Below are positions 1 through 9,851 of a stretch of DNA of 64,000 nucleotides, piece after piece. This DNA is from Ostreococcus lucimarinus. Lineage: Eukaryota. A model generated the notes under the pieces. The model saw only the letters and a list, made by a program, of their open reading frames with translations, was not told the origin of the DNA and did no database searches. How positions within the stretch are numbered: position 1 is the first letter of the stretch; each line of letters begins with the position of its first letter. A program made the translations under genes and the position numbers. Location of the stretch: assembly GCA_000092065.1 (NCBI GenBank), contig CP000581.1. One strand, given 5' to 3'.

Positions 1-351
1 CGCGCGCGGTCGATCGCGGTCTTTCGCGCGCGTTCGCGCTCGCGCGATCGCGCGCGTTCGCTCAGCGCACCGTCGCCGTCGCGCGCGTCGCGTTCGAGTG
101 TGCGGATCCGCGGTCGGCCTTTCGCGCGCGCGGCGCGGCATAAATCGCGCGACGCGCGCGGGCGTCGTATACGAGTGCGTCGGAGCGCCATGACGGGCGA
201 CGTTATCCGTCCGCGCTGCCGGGGCATCGCGGACGAGGTCCGTGTTTTAGTTTTCAATTCGTGTCCGTGTGTATGCTAGTTTCGCGGTGAAACGTCCCGT
301 CGCGCGCGCGACGCGCGTCGCCAGAGCGGCGCGTCGGCGCGCGCGTCGACG

Positions 352-2643
352 ATGCGGGCGTCGGCGCGGACGCCCGCGACGCCGGCGTCGACGTCGCGCG
401 CGCGCGGACGCGCGTCGAGCGCCGCGGTGCGGTGCGCGCGGATGGGCGCTGGGCGCGACGACGCGGGAGGCGGACGCGTCGCGCGCGACGTCGCGTCGCG
501 CGCGCGCGCGACGCGGACGCGCGAGCGAGGGTCGACGCGTCGACGCGGGCGATGGACGCGCGCGCGCGCGTCGTGGGGAAGCGACGCGCGGGCGGGGTAC
601 GAAATTTCGACGAGTTGGGACGATTACGACGACGAGGCGGACGACGACGAGAGAGGCTCGAACGAGGCGGCGGACGACGAGGAGACGGAGGAAGAGGAGA
701 GCGCGGCGGCGATCGTCGCGGTGGACGTCGTCGCGTCGCCGGAGTCGGTGTGGGCGTGTTTGGCGAGAGGGGAGAATTTGTCGGAGTTCGCGCCGACGCT
801 GCTCGTGGCCAAGCGCGGGCCGAAGCAATACGGATCGACGGAGACGGAGGTGCGATTGCTCGCGATGGATTACACGCTGTTCACGCCGAGAATGCTGAAT
901 ACGGTGAGCGTTCGGATCGTGGATAAGTCGAAGGGGCCACCGAACTGGGAAAACGGGCCGGCGAAGCTTGGATTTTTGGCGAGAAACGTCGACGAGCGAA
1001 GCGATTTCATGCTCGTGGGATCGTTTTGTATTCGGCCTATTTTTGGCGAATCGTACAAGTGCAGATTGGAGTACAGGGCTGAGTTGAGGCCGACAAATTA
1101 CGAAGTTCCAGCTGATGTCCTGCGCAGGGCGGTGGAGGAGAGCTTCCCGTTCGTCATCGCGAGCGTGACGAAGCAGGCGGTGAAGAGAGACCAACGACGA
1201 CTGCGGTCGCCGGGATTCCTGCCTCAGCTCGAGACCCCTTTCGGGGCATCCAGGGAACTGGCAAAGAAAGCGGACGATTCTTTAGTACCGAGTGGATATC
1301 TCGGATTGAGTGAGGTCAACGTCCCGACGCAAAACTCGGAATCGAGTCAAGACGAGGAGACGCCGGATGCCTCCAAACCCGCCGCGGTGCGGATGCGTCC
1401 GCGCGGCGAGACAGCCAAAGCCTCAGAGGCACCGAAGAGCTGGAGAGCTATCGGTGGTGGTGCGCAAGGAGAGAAGTGGTTTTCAAGCGACATTACCCCG
1501 TTTGAAAATCCAGGCTCGCTCGAGGTGCACATGCGACGGTACGATACGGACAGTTTGTTGCACAGACGCGCGCTGGCCGCGGTTCGCATCGAGGCGCCGC
1601 CGGCGTTGGTGTGGGATTTGTTGACGAATTACGAAAACATGCCAAAGTTCATGCCGCATCTCATGCACACTGAGTACATTCAAAGATATAATGCAGTCGA
1701 GCGTGAGGCGTCCGAAAAGATCAAACGATTGCGTCTCAGGCAAGTCTTCGTAAAGTGCGACCTCTTTCACGCCATCGAAGAGTCGACGGCGCTGGACGTC
1801 GTGCAGAAGGACGACCGCACCGAGTTACAGTTTCGCGTGTTACAGAACCCGAAATTCGGCGCGCTTCAAGGTAAATGGCTCGTCGTTCCGACCGAAGACT
1901 CCGCAGCCACGGTGTTGAAATTCGCCATCGAGGGCGTTGTGAGCAATGCTGGAATAGATGGGACGGCGAAAAAGGTGGACCCGCTCAACGAGCGCATCGT
2001 GTTTGAAGAGATTTCAACCATGCTCAAACAAGCGAGAGATTTCATGGAAGGAATTGCGAGTAAAGAGGTGCAGTCATACGGGAACGTCAACATCAAAGTC
2101 GCCGATCTTGTGCTGAAAGGCGCTGGAATGTCCGTCGACGAGGAAGACGCCGTCGACGAGCAAATCGTCGGCGCGCTCAACTCTGAAGCCACTGAAAACC
2201 AAGAGAAACAGATACAAGCGTTGAAGCGCGAACTTATCACTCTCGGCTTCGGCGAGAACAAGTGCATGCCGACGCGAGAACAGTTACGCGGCGGGCGTCA
2301 CTGGGACGCCATCCAGCAAATCGAAAGCCTCGGCGGTTTCGTAAAGGTGGCGCAACTTCTAGATTGGTCGGGCGCGAAGACGCGACCACGTGGGTATTGG
2401 ACACTGCGAACGTTGGAGTTGGAGATCAAAGACTTCATCGCCAACACAGAGGATCCGAATGTTCAACGGAACCCCCGAAGGATGCCGTCTCAGAAATCGT
2501 TGCGCGACGCCGGGCGAGCGGATATCGTCAATGCGCTCAAGCGTTTCGGCGGCGCCGAGAAAGTGGCGGCCAGCATGGGTCTCGAATTCGGTAGCGGCAA
2601 CAAACGTTCGTCCGCGAGCGCGCGCGGCGGCGGCGACGATTAG
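352..2643 (+). CDS. Tandem SRPBCC (START/Bet v1-like, COQ10/polyketide-cyclase-type) domain protein, probably organelle-targeted
   Basis: 763-aa ORF with ATG verified at 352. Two copies of the SRPBCC-type pattern (..VDVVASPESVWACLARGENLSEFAP.. and ..IEAPPALVWDLLTNYENMPKFMPHL..). The Arg/Ala/Ser-rich N-terminus followed by an acidic stretch resembles a transit peptide. Third codon positions are strongly G/C. Confidence 0.5.
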   Translation: MRASARTPATPASTSRARGRASSAAVRCARMGAGRDDAGGGRVARDVASRARATRTRERGSTRRRGRWTRARASWGSDARAGYEISTSWDDYDDEADDDERGSNEAADDEETEEEESAAAIVAVDVVASPESVWACLARGENLSEFAPTLLVAKRGPKQYGSTETEVRLLAMDYTLFTPRMLNTVSVRIVDKSKGPPNWENGPAKLGFLARNVDERSDFMLVGSFCIRPIFGESYKCRLEYRAELRPTNYEVPADVLRRAVEESFPFVIASVTKQAVKRDQRRLRSPGFLPQLETPFGASRELAKKADDSLVPSGYLGLSEVNVPTQNSESSQDEETPDASKPAAVRMRPRGETAKASEAPKSWRAIGGGAQGEKWFSSDITPFENPGSLEVHMRRYDTDSLLHRRALAAVRIEAPPALVWDLLTNYENMPKFMPHLMHTEYIQRYNAVEREASEKIKRLRLRQVFVKCDLFHAIEESTALDVVQKDDRTELQFRVLQNPKFGALQGKWLVVPTEDSAATVLKFAIEGVVSNAGIDGTAKKVDPLNERIVFEEISTMLKQARDFMEGIASKEVQSYGNVNIKVADLVLKGAGMSVDEEDAVDEQIVGALNSEATENQEKQIQALKRELITLGFGENKCMPTREQLRGGRHWDAIQQIESLGGFVKVAQLLDWSGAKTRPRGYWTLRTLELEIKDFIANTEDPNVQRNPRRMPSQKSLRDAGRADIVNALKRFGGAEKVAASMGLEFGSGNKRSSASARGGGDD

Positions 2644-2704
2644 AATTTAGCGAGCAGCAATTTTAGAGCGTTGTGTAATTTATATTTTCATTCGCGGAAT
2701 CAAG

Positions 2705-3364
2705 TCAGATGAAATACGTGAACACGTCGCCCTCCGAATCAATCTTCGTCGGATACACCGCCAACGGCACGGGCGTCGCCGCCTTCTTGAGTCCTCCCAA
2801 AAATTTGCGCATCATGGTATTTTGCGGACACCACGTGATCACCTCTCCCGTGGCCAAGTCGTACTCCGTGCCGTCGAGCGGCACGCGAATCGCCGCCCCG
2901 CTCGGTCCCTCGAACAGCTCCCCGTCGATGAGCGGATACTGATACGCCGTCGAGTTACACGCCGTGATGAAAACCATCGACCCATACTTCACCATGCAAA
3001 AGTTCCCATTCGCCAGCAGCAGCGCCTTGATCGGCTTCTCCTCGAGTTCGCTCACGTTGCCCACTTTAATCCACTTATCCTGCGCGCTCGACGTCGTCCC
3101 CATCGGTTTCCGCTCGAACTGCGCCCCTCCGTCGCGCGAGACCCCCCCGCGCTTCTTCTCCTTCTTCTTCCCATCGCTCTCGCTGAACTCGTCGTCCAGG
3201 ATGTCCCCGATCCCTCGTCGCTTCCCCGCGCGCGCGTCGACCGCGCGCTGACGTCGACCATCGCCGCGCGCGTTCGCGCGCGTCGCGCGCGCGCGTCGCG
3301 TCGCGTCGCCGCGCGCGCGCGCGGCCGCGAGCGCCGTCATCCTCGTCGTCGTCGCCGTCGCCAT
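2705..3364 (-). CDS. Rieske-like/NirD-like beta-barrel domain protein; cluster-ligand Cys/His apparently replaced
   Basis: 219-aa ORF with ATG verified (cat at 3362-3364). The C-terminal 130 aa follow the Rieske-fold pattern (W.KV...EL.E..........V.Y...V.A..C....PL..G......I.CP...FDL.TG). The two CxH/CPxH boxes read ACNSTAYQYPL and RVPLDGTEYDL. The N-terminus is Arg/Ala-rich and presequence-like. Confidence 0.4.
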   Translation of the reverse strand: MATATTTRMTALAAARARGDATRRARATRANARGDGRRQRAVDARAGKRRGIGDILDDEFSESDGKKKEKKRGGVSRDGGAQFERKPMGTTSSAQDKWIKVGNVSELEEKPIKALLLANGNFCMVKYGSMVFITACNSTAYQYPLIDGELFEGPSGAAIRVPLDGTEYDLATGEVITWCPQNTMMRKFLGGLKKAATPVPLAVYPTKIDSEGDVFTYFI

Positions 3365-3479
3365 CGTCGCCGTCGTCGCCGTCGCGTCGCGGAATCGCGC
3401 CGCGCCGCGCCGCGCGGCACATCAAAACGCGCCGATCGACGCCGCGCGACGACGCGCCGCGGCGCCGAGACCGCCGGCG

Positions 3480-5198
3480 ATGGCGCGCGGCGACGGCTCG
3501 AAACGCAACGCGTCCGCGCGCGCCTCGGCGCGGCGCGCGCGACGGCTGATCGTCAAGGAGTTCGCGCTGAGGCGATGCTTCGAATCGTTGGACGCGAGCG
3601 GGCGCGGGGAGATCGTCGTGCGCGCGTTCCTGGATCGATTGCGCGCGGACGCGGCGATGACGGACGCGCTGCAGGGAGCGACGGAGGCGTTCACGTCGAC
3701 GGAGATGCTGGACGGGGTGTTCGACGCGCTGGAGGAGGCGGCGGCGCGCGCGGTGCGGGTTGAGGAATTCTTGGAATTGTTCAGAATCAGCGCGATCGAG
3801 GCGAATAAGCGAGCGAAGGCGAAGAAGAAGATGGAAACGGAGGAGAGAAAGGCGCTCGAGGGCGGGAAGACGAACGCGGCGGTGAAGGAGGAGACGGCGG
3901 TGGAGAACGGAGCGACGAGAGTGGAGGGCGCGGGGGAGGACGCGCCGGAGATCGAGGCGCGGGCGGGGCGGAACGCGGAGGAGAACGCGGTGGTGCCGGC
4001 ACCGGAGCCGGAGGCGCGCGCGGCGCCGCCGAGGCCGCCGCCGCCGCAGGCTCCGGTTCAGGTGGTGGTTGACGCGAATTACCTCAAGCAAGTGTTTAAA
4101 TTGATCGACTACGACGGCAACGGCGAGGTGACGCTCGTGGAGTTCTTATCGGCTTTACACTCGAATCCGGAGATCGGAGCCTTGTTAGATGAAGGCACGC
4201 CCGCCGGCGACGACGTATCGAACGTTGTCAGCGAGGTTTTCTCAAGGATGGACGCCGACCAGAATAAGAGCGTTAACTTTGAAGAGTTCGTGGAGTACTT
4301 TACGGTGCAGCAAAACGCGCACTCGAATCACGCTCTGAACAAGCTGTCGAGAGACGAAAAGAAAGCGTTGCTAATGTCGTTCGATCAGGCAAAAGTTCGA
4401 AGCATGAGCGCGTTTAAGCGTGGCATTCGGTATGTCAGCAAGCAAGCGCTCAAAGCAGGCTTGCGAACGAGCGAGAAAGAAAAGAAGGAGGAGAACATGA
4501 GCAAAATACCGGATTCTGACTTGCTTGTCCTTAAATCATACTTGCGTGATGTGTACAAAATTGTGGATTACGAAAAGAACGAGCGCATCGTGTTGCAGGA
4601 GTTCCTGGACGAGCTCAGAGAGAGCCCCAACATCGCGCTCGCACTCGACGTCGGCAGCGACATCTCCCACGGCGCTGACAAGACGAAAAAGATGGTCGCG
4701 GTTATCTTCAAGGCGATGTCGATTGACGCAAAAAGGGTGGTGACATTTCCTGAATTCGTAAACTACTTCATCAAGATCGCGTCGGACTACTTTAACTCGG
4801 ATTCTCCTTTGTCGCAACAGAGCGTCGTGAGCGAGTCTCGAAGCGCCTCAGCGAATAGCACGATCGGCGCGTTTGTCGGGGAGTTGTTCAAGTTTGGGAA
4901 CAAAACGCCGTCTCCAGCACCTGTGGCCGAAGAACGGGTAGCGTCTCGGAATGGCCTTCGCCCTCACGGGGATGACGACTACATGGACGGCCTGGTTTAC
5001 GGCGACGATGAAAATGAGGATTTGGATCACACTGTTCACTTACTGCGTCATGAGTTACAACAAATGAATGCTGTTCTGGAAGAAAATCAGCATCAGAAGA
5101 AGATGAATAACGCACTCAGGTTGAAGCTGAATGTGTTGACGCACATGTACGCAAAGCAAAGCGCGGAATTCCAGGCACTGATTGACTCGATGAAGTAA
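3480..5198 (+). CDS. EF-hand calcium-binding protein with C-terminal coiled coil
   Basis: 572 aa, ATG verified at 3480. Several EF-hand loops are present (LIDYDGNGEVTLVEFL, MDADQNKSVNFEEFVEYF, IVDYEKNERIVLQEFL, LDASGRGEIVVRAFL). The C-terminus has a heptad-rich helix (LLRHELQQMNAVLEENQHQKKMNNALRLKLNVL). Confidence 0.55.
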   Translation: MARGDGSKRNASARASARRARRLIVKEFALRRCFESLDASGRGEIVVRAFLDRLRADAAMTDALQGATEAFTSTEMLDGVFDALEEAAARAVRVEEFLELFRISAIEANKRAKAKKKMETEERKALEGGKTNAAVKEETAVENGATRVEGAGEDAPEIEARAGRNAEENAVVPAPEPEARAAPPRPPPPQAPVQVVVDANYLKQVFKLIDYDGNGEVTLVEFLSALHSNPEIGALLDEGTPAGDDVSNVVSEVFSRMDADQNKSVNFEEFVEYFTVQQNAHSNHALNKLSRDEKKALLMSFDQAKVRSMSAFKRGIRYVSKQALKAGLRTSEKEKKEENMSKIPDSDLLVLKSYLRDVYKIVDYEKNERIVLQEFLDELRESPNIALALDVGSDISHGADKTKKMVAVIFKAMSIDAKRVVTFPEFVNYFIKIASDYFNSDSPLSQQSVVSESRSASANSTIGAFVGELFKFGNKTPSPAPVAEERVASRNGLRPHGDDDYMDGLVYGDDENEDLDHTVHLLRHELQQMNAVLEENQHQKKMNNALRLKLNVLTHMYAKQSAEFQALIDSMK

Positions 5199-5268
5199 AT
5201 ATTTCACGAGGTGCATCGCGATGATAGAAGAATTCTGCCGTGGTTATTGCAATATCTATTTCGATGCT

Positions 5269-7188
5269 TTAATCGATCTTGACACTTCCGTAAATCGCAC
5301 GAACGAATGCTAAACTCGCCAAGAAACCCACAGTGCCCGTGAGGATGAAGAATCCAAACGACAAAACCGACATGTACGAAAAGTAGATGAATGTCGTCAG
5401 TTTGTGCGTCACCACAAGCGTGGTGTGGTAGTAGACGATCCCGTACGCGAACATGTAGAACGCGGCCGCTCCACTTGTCAAGAACGATCGCCACCACCAA
5501 CGATAATCTTCGGCGCAGAGTTGGAAGTAGCACATGACGACGGTGATTTCCGCACACGTGACGACGAGAATGATGAAGACGAGCGCCAGGAAGCCAAATA
5601 TGTAGTAGAACTGCTGAAGCCAGATGCTAGTGAGGATGAAGAACAGCTCGATGAACACCGCCCCAAACGGAAGCACGCCTCCGATGAGAACGGCCACGGC
5701 ATCGTGCATGTACCAAGGCTGCGGCGGGATTTGGCGTGGAATCTTATTCGTTCGCACAGGTTCCTCCAAAGGCTCTCTCTTGAAACCCAAGTAACTCCCC
5801 ATGAAAGTCAGCGGGACGGAGATACCGAACCACAAGAACATGAGAACAAAATACGTTCCGAACGGGATCGCACCACTGCTCTTTTGACCCCAGATAAGAA
5901 CGTTCAACACCGTACCCACTGTGAAGACGACGCCAGGATACAACAAAGAAGCCTTGACGGCGTTCATCTTCCAAGTTTGACCTTTGAACATACGGAACAA
6001 AAATGCGCTGACGAAACCATTCACGAAGCTCATGATGACGTAAATCATCACCATAGCGGTCATGAGCCCACCTCGATTGGCGGGTGATAAGAACCCGAGA
6101 ACAGCGAAGAAGATGGTTACCGTCGTCATGCAGAGGAGTTGCACGCCCGTGCCGGCGAAGACGGAGAGCCAGGTGTAGTGCGCCGGAACGCGGAAGACGT
6201 CACCGTGAACCAACTTCCAACCAGACTCTTCTTGCGTTTCTTCAGCGGTTTCGAGCTGGTTATACACGGTAATATCGCGATGAAGCGTTCGCAGCATGAT
6301 GAGCGCCGTCATCACCGACAAGAAGAGCACAATCATCATGCTGTTGATGATGGAAAACCAGTGAATTTCATCGTCTGCCATCAAGAGATACGTATCCCAA
6401 CGGCTCGCCCACCGAATGTCACTCTCTTTGAATAGCGTGTCGTACGTGTACACGATTTCTTCACCCGGCTTGACCTCTTGCGGCGCGCTCCCCTCCGAAA
6501 CGTACACTTGCTGCCTCGGATCGCACGTTTTCAACAACGGCTTATCGTCGCTCCACTTCTTATACTTGTGATCCACGCTGAATGGCTCGCATTCGAATCC
6601 AACGATTCTACTCAAATCCGTCTCCTGATCCTTGTGATACAAGATCGTGAAGCGAATGTGATTATTCACGTACGCTTTCCCGTCCTCCGTCGTGAATCCC
6701 ACTGGATATCCGCGTTCGTACTTTTTCCTCGTCCCTTGCTCGTCCTCCACGTACCGCGTCATCCCCACCGGTAGATTATCCAATATCATCTGCACCCTGT
6801 ATTCGTCCTTGATCATTCCTTTCAGCGTTTTCGCTTCCTCTTCGCTCAACTGTTTCCGACACTGCACCTTGCACCGATCGTCGAATCGCATCTCCAGCGA
6901 GTACAGCGAATTCTCGATCCGATCTCCTCGCAGCACCTCCCCGAGGTTCTCCGCCGCGTGTTTTATCTTATCCGGTTTACAGTACGGCAGCGCGTAGTAA
7001 TCGTACGGCAACTGCGTGACCGTGGACGTGAGTTTGTTCACCTTGATGTACACCAAGTCGTCGCGCTCGTAATCGATCGGGGCGACGCCGGGGAGATAAA
7101 ACGCGCGCGCGGAGCCGACGCGACGCGCGAGCGCGCACGCGAACGCGACGAGGGCGACGACGCGCGCGTTTCGCGCGCGAACGCGCAT
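5269..7188 (-). CDS. TM9SF: Transmembrane 9 superfamily (nonaspanin, TM9SF) protein
   Basis: Strong family match: FYLPGVAP..YxxGxxL..VNKL.S..TQLPYDYY.LPYC plus nine C-terminal TM helices. The start is set at the internal ATG (7186-7188), which gives signal peptide MRVRARNARVVALVAFACALA. The ORF tool's upstream extension would overlap CSN2. Confidence 0.9.
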   Translation of the reverse strand: MRVRARNARVVALVAFACALARRVGSARAFYLPGVAPIDYERDDLVYIKVNKLTSTVTQLPYDYYALPYCKPDKIKHAAENLGEVLRGDRIENSLYSLEMRFDDRCKVQCRKQLSEEEAKTLKGMIKDEYRVQMILDNLPVGMTRYVEDEQGTRKKYERGYPVGFTTEDGKAYVNNHIRFTILYHKDQETDLSRIVGFECEPFSVDHKYKKWSDDKPLLKTCDPRQQVYVSEGSAPQEVKPGEEIVYTYDTLFKESDIRWASRWDTYLLMADDEIHWFSIINSMMIVLFLSVMTALIMLRTLHRDITVYNQLETAEETQEESGWKLVHGDVFRVPAHYTWLSVFAGTGVQLLCMTTVTIFFAVLGFLSPANRGGLMTAMVMIYVIMSFVNGFVSAFLFRMFKGQTWKMNAVKASLLYPGVVFTVGTVLNVLIWGQKSSGAIPFGTYFVLMFLWFGISVPLTFMGSYLGFKREPLEEPVRTNKIPRQIPPQPWYMHDAVAVLIGGVLPFGAVFIELFFILTSIWLQQFYYIFGFLALVFIILVVTCAEITVVMCYFQLCAEDYRWWWRSFLTSGAAAFYMFAYGIVYYHTTLVVTHKLTTFIYFSYMSVLSFGFFILTGTVGFLASLAFVRAIYGSVKID

Positions 7189-7313
7189 GGCGCGAGCGAG
7201 TTTCGCGACGCGCGCGCGAGTGAGGTCGGATGGGCTCGCGGAATCTGGCGCGTCGAGCGGGCGAGGCGCCGGCGCCGGCGACGAGGAGAAGAAATGTTTT
7301 ACAACGGTGACGG

Positions 7314-8545
7314 TCACGCGCGCGCGAGCTTCGAGGCGACGGTGAGATGGAGATCGCGTAAACGCTCGGACCAGTTGGCGAAGCCGCGAGCGCGAGCGAT
7401 GGCGTCGATGGCGCGCGGATCCTCGCGCGCGATGTGGACGACTTGCGCGCGTTGGTCGATTTTGGCGTCGACGCGGCGGTCGAGGATGAGGGAAACCATG
7501 AGGGACTCGACGTCGGGCTCGGGAATGTTGAGCTCGGTGGAGATGTAAGGGATCGTGATTCTGGTGTACGGCTCGATGAGTCTCAAGAGGACTTGGGTGC
7601 GGATGTTCTTCAGGAGATCCTCGACGTAATCGCGAATGAAGTCGTCGCCCATGACTTGCTCGCGATGCGTCTTGAGGAGTTGCTCGAATGCCGCGATATC
7701 GTTTCGTTGATACGCGCCAACGAGCGATCGCATGACGGTGACTTCTTTATCCTCGCGAAACGGTTTCACCTCTTGCGCGTCGAACGGGTCGACTTCGCTC
7801 TCCATGAGCATGTTCGCCAGGACCAGATATTTCAAGCACTGCACGCGTCGATCGCTACCGGCTTCGTCGTAGGATTTGAACGCTTCGAAGAAATCCGTCG
7901 CCGCGTTTTCCCAGTCGCGCTCTACCATGTACATCTTCCCACCGCACTCTCGAATAATGCCTAAGATTCGCGGATGCGGAATCGCCGACGTCACTTCTAA
8001 CGCCTTTTCGTACAAATCCTTGAGCTTCTTCGTGTTCTTTTGCGCCGTGTACATTTGTATCTCGATCGAGTACACCTCCAAAAGCTGCGTCCCTTTGCGC
8101 TGATCCACCGTGCCATCCTCATTTTGGCAACTCTTGTGCAGTTCCTTCAAAATCACCTGCATGCGCGCGAAATCTTTCGCGTCGAAGACCAGTTTACACA
8201 GCTTGAGATTCGTCTTGAACCACAGACGCTCGTTCTTCGTCTCTTCTAATTTTCTAAGCGTCGTCTCGTAAAACTCTTGCAAAAATCCCATATCCTCGTT
8301 CGACGCAATCGTATCTAATATCGAATTCAACACCTTTTCGCTGTAATTCCTCGTCACCGCGTCGTTGACGTACGTCAACAGCTCCTTGTACCGCTCCAGC
8401 ATCGCCCCCGCGTCGTTCATTTTATACAGCAGCTTGACCATTTGTTTCAACGCCTTGAACCCCCACTCGCCTTTCTCGTGCTCCATCGCGATCACTTCCT
8501 CGAAACCTTTCATCGCCGCTTCGTTCGCACCGCTCTCGAGCGAGC
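7314..8545 (-). CDS. CSN2: COP9 signalosome subunit 2 (CSN2), exon 2 (PCI domain)
   Basis: Near-colinear match to eukaryotic CSN2 (EKGEWGFKALKQM.K.......Y..LLTY...AVTRNYSEK.IN.ILD..S..........EFYETTL..L.....RLWFKTN.KL.KL). The acceptor AG lies at 8546-8547 on the minus strand. Phase-1 joining to exon 1 gives ..YYNAKG/SLESGANEAAMKGFEEV.. Confidence 0.85.
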
Positions 8546-8650
8546 CTACGGACGTCATCTCGCGTCAGTCGGGTCGTTTCGTCGCGCCGTTGACGCGTTC
8601 GCATTCGCAAGGGGACGCGCGTTCGTCCGTCGAGTCGTCGCGCGGCGCAC
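8546..8650 (-). other. CSN2: Spliceosomal intron (105 nt) in CSN2
   Basis: The exon-1 homology (MSDDDDYGFTYSDEDEFNEDEVDIENAYYNAK) ends at the donor AAAG|GTGCGC. The intron contains a CTGAC branch-like motif near its 3' end and finishes ..CGTAG|GC. Splicing restores continuous CSN2 homology. Confidence 0.7.
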
Positions 8651-8747
8651 CTTTGGCGTTGTAGTAAGCGTTCTCGATGTCGACCTCATCTTCGTTGAAC
8701 TCGTCCTCGTCCGAGTACGTGAATCCGTAGTCGTCGTCGTCCGACAT
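8651..8747 (-). CDS. CSN2: CSN2 exon 1 (acidic N-terminus)
   Basis: ATG verified at 8745-8747. The acidic N-terminus aligns with human CSN2 residues 1-45 (..DEDEFNEDEVDIENAYYNAK vs ..[21 protein letters not shown]). Confidence 0.75.
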
Positions 8748-8820
8748 GTTCGCGGCGAGGCGGCGACTGGGGTCGAGAGGTGGTTGCGTCGGTTGGGTCG
8801 CGCTCCGGCGGCGCTCCGTA

Positions 8821-9846
8821 CTATTGAACTTCTAAGACGCGTTGGCCTATGCGCATTAACAGCGCGCGACTCTTGAGCTTGGTGTACTCGTGAAGCTTGG
8901 CGTAGGCGTAGAGCGAACCGGCGAAGAGGGGAAGCCGCGCGCCCTTTAAGCCGTTGGCGGCGAAGACGAAGGCAAAGCTCGGGCCGACGAATTCGGCGAC
9001 GCGGCGAATTCCCTGAACTTGAATTTTGTTGTACATACTCACGATGAAGGCGAGCAAGCCGACCATGAGGTACCCACCGGTGAAAAAGTCGAGGTATTCG
9101 TGTATCGCGATGATGCGCGGGGCGTGGAACCAACTGTCGGCGCGACGCAAGTCGCGCCAAGGAGGGATCCAACGCACAAGACGATAGAAGAAGACTTCGA
9201 CGTAACACGTCGACGCGTGCAGCGTCACGCCTCGATGGGTCTGCACGCGCTTCATGGTGAGTTCTGCTAGGATGCGATCGATGCTCGGACGCGATCGCAA
9301 CATGTTTCGCGCTTGAAGAAACTGGCGTACGCGCGTCATAATGAGAAACGCCCCGTGGCTCGCCGCGCGACACAGCGCGGCGACGAAGAGCGTTAAGAGA
9401 AACACACCCACGACTGCGAACACCAACGCGGGCTCTTCTCGCTCTAAATAACGCGCCGCTCTCGTGCGCTCGAGATTGTACTGATATCCGCATTGATCGC
9501 AGCCGTAAAAGCTCCGAGGATTTCGACTGAGGTTTCTCCACTCGTTCAGGCACTCCACGTGCACCAACGCCATCGAACCTCGACACCGGCACGGCGAAAA
9601 CAACCGTCCGCCATCCTCACCCGAAAAACATATCCTACACAACCGTTCGTCGTCATCGTCGTCGTCGTCGTCGTCGTTCGTCGTCGCTCGGATTTCTCGA
9701 GCCGCTCGCGACGCGCGCGCGACGTTCTCGTCCTCGCGTTCCCTCGCCCTTCGCTCCTCCACCTCGCGTCGCTGCGCCTCCCATCGCGCGCGATGTTCCA
9801 ACGCTCTTCGTCGCAGCGCTTCCTGCTGCACGGTCGACATCGACAT
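8821..9846 (-). CDS. RING-CH (MARCH-type, C4HC3) zinc-finger membrane protein, E3 ubiquitin ligase-like
   Basis: CRICF....SPCRCRGS...VH.ECL..W.......C..C RING-variant motif, followed by 3-4 hydrophobic helices. A poly-Asp run (GTC)n precedes the finger. The first true ATG is at 9844-9846; the ORF-tool start at 9855 is a GTG codon. Confidence 0.6.
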   Translation of the reverse strand: MSMSTVQQEALRRRALEHRARWEAQRREVEERRAREREDENVARASRAAREIRATTNDDDDDDDDDERLCRICFSGEDGGRLFSPCRCRGSMALVHVECLNEWRNLSRNPRSFYGCDQCGYQYNLERTRAARYLEREEPALVFAVVGVFLLTLFVAALCRAASHGAFLIMTRVRQFLQARNMLRSRPSIDRILAELTMKRVQTHRGVTLHASTCYVEVFFYRLVRWIPPWRDLRRADSWFHAPRIIAIHEYLDFFTGGYLMVGLLAFIVSMYNKIQVQGIRRVAEFVGPSFAFVFAANGLKGARLPLFAGSLYAYAKLHEYTKLKSRALLMRIGQRVLEVQ

Positions 9847-9851
9847 CGCGT

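Noticed and set aside
5269-7317. ORF-tool start of TM9SF at 7317, giving a 4-nt overlap with CSN2
   Set aside because: The internal ATG at 7186-7188 yields a classic TM9SF signal peptide and removes the overlap. The upstream 43 codons are Pro/Ala/Ser-rich with no family support.
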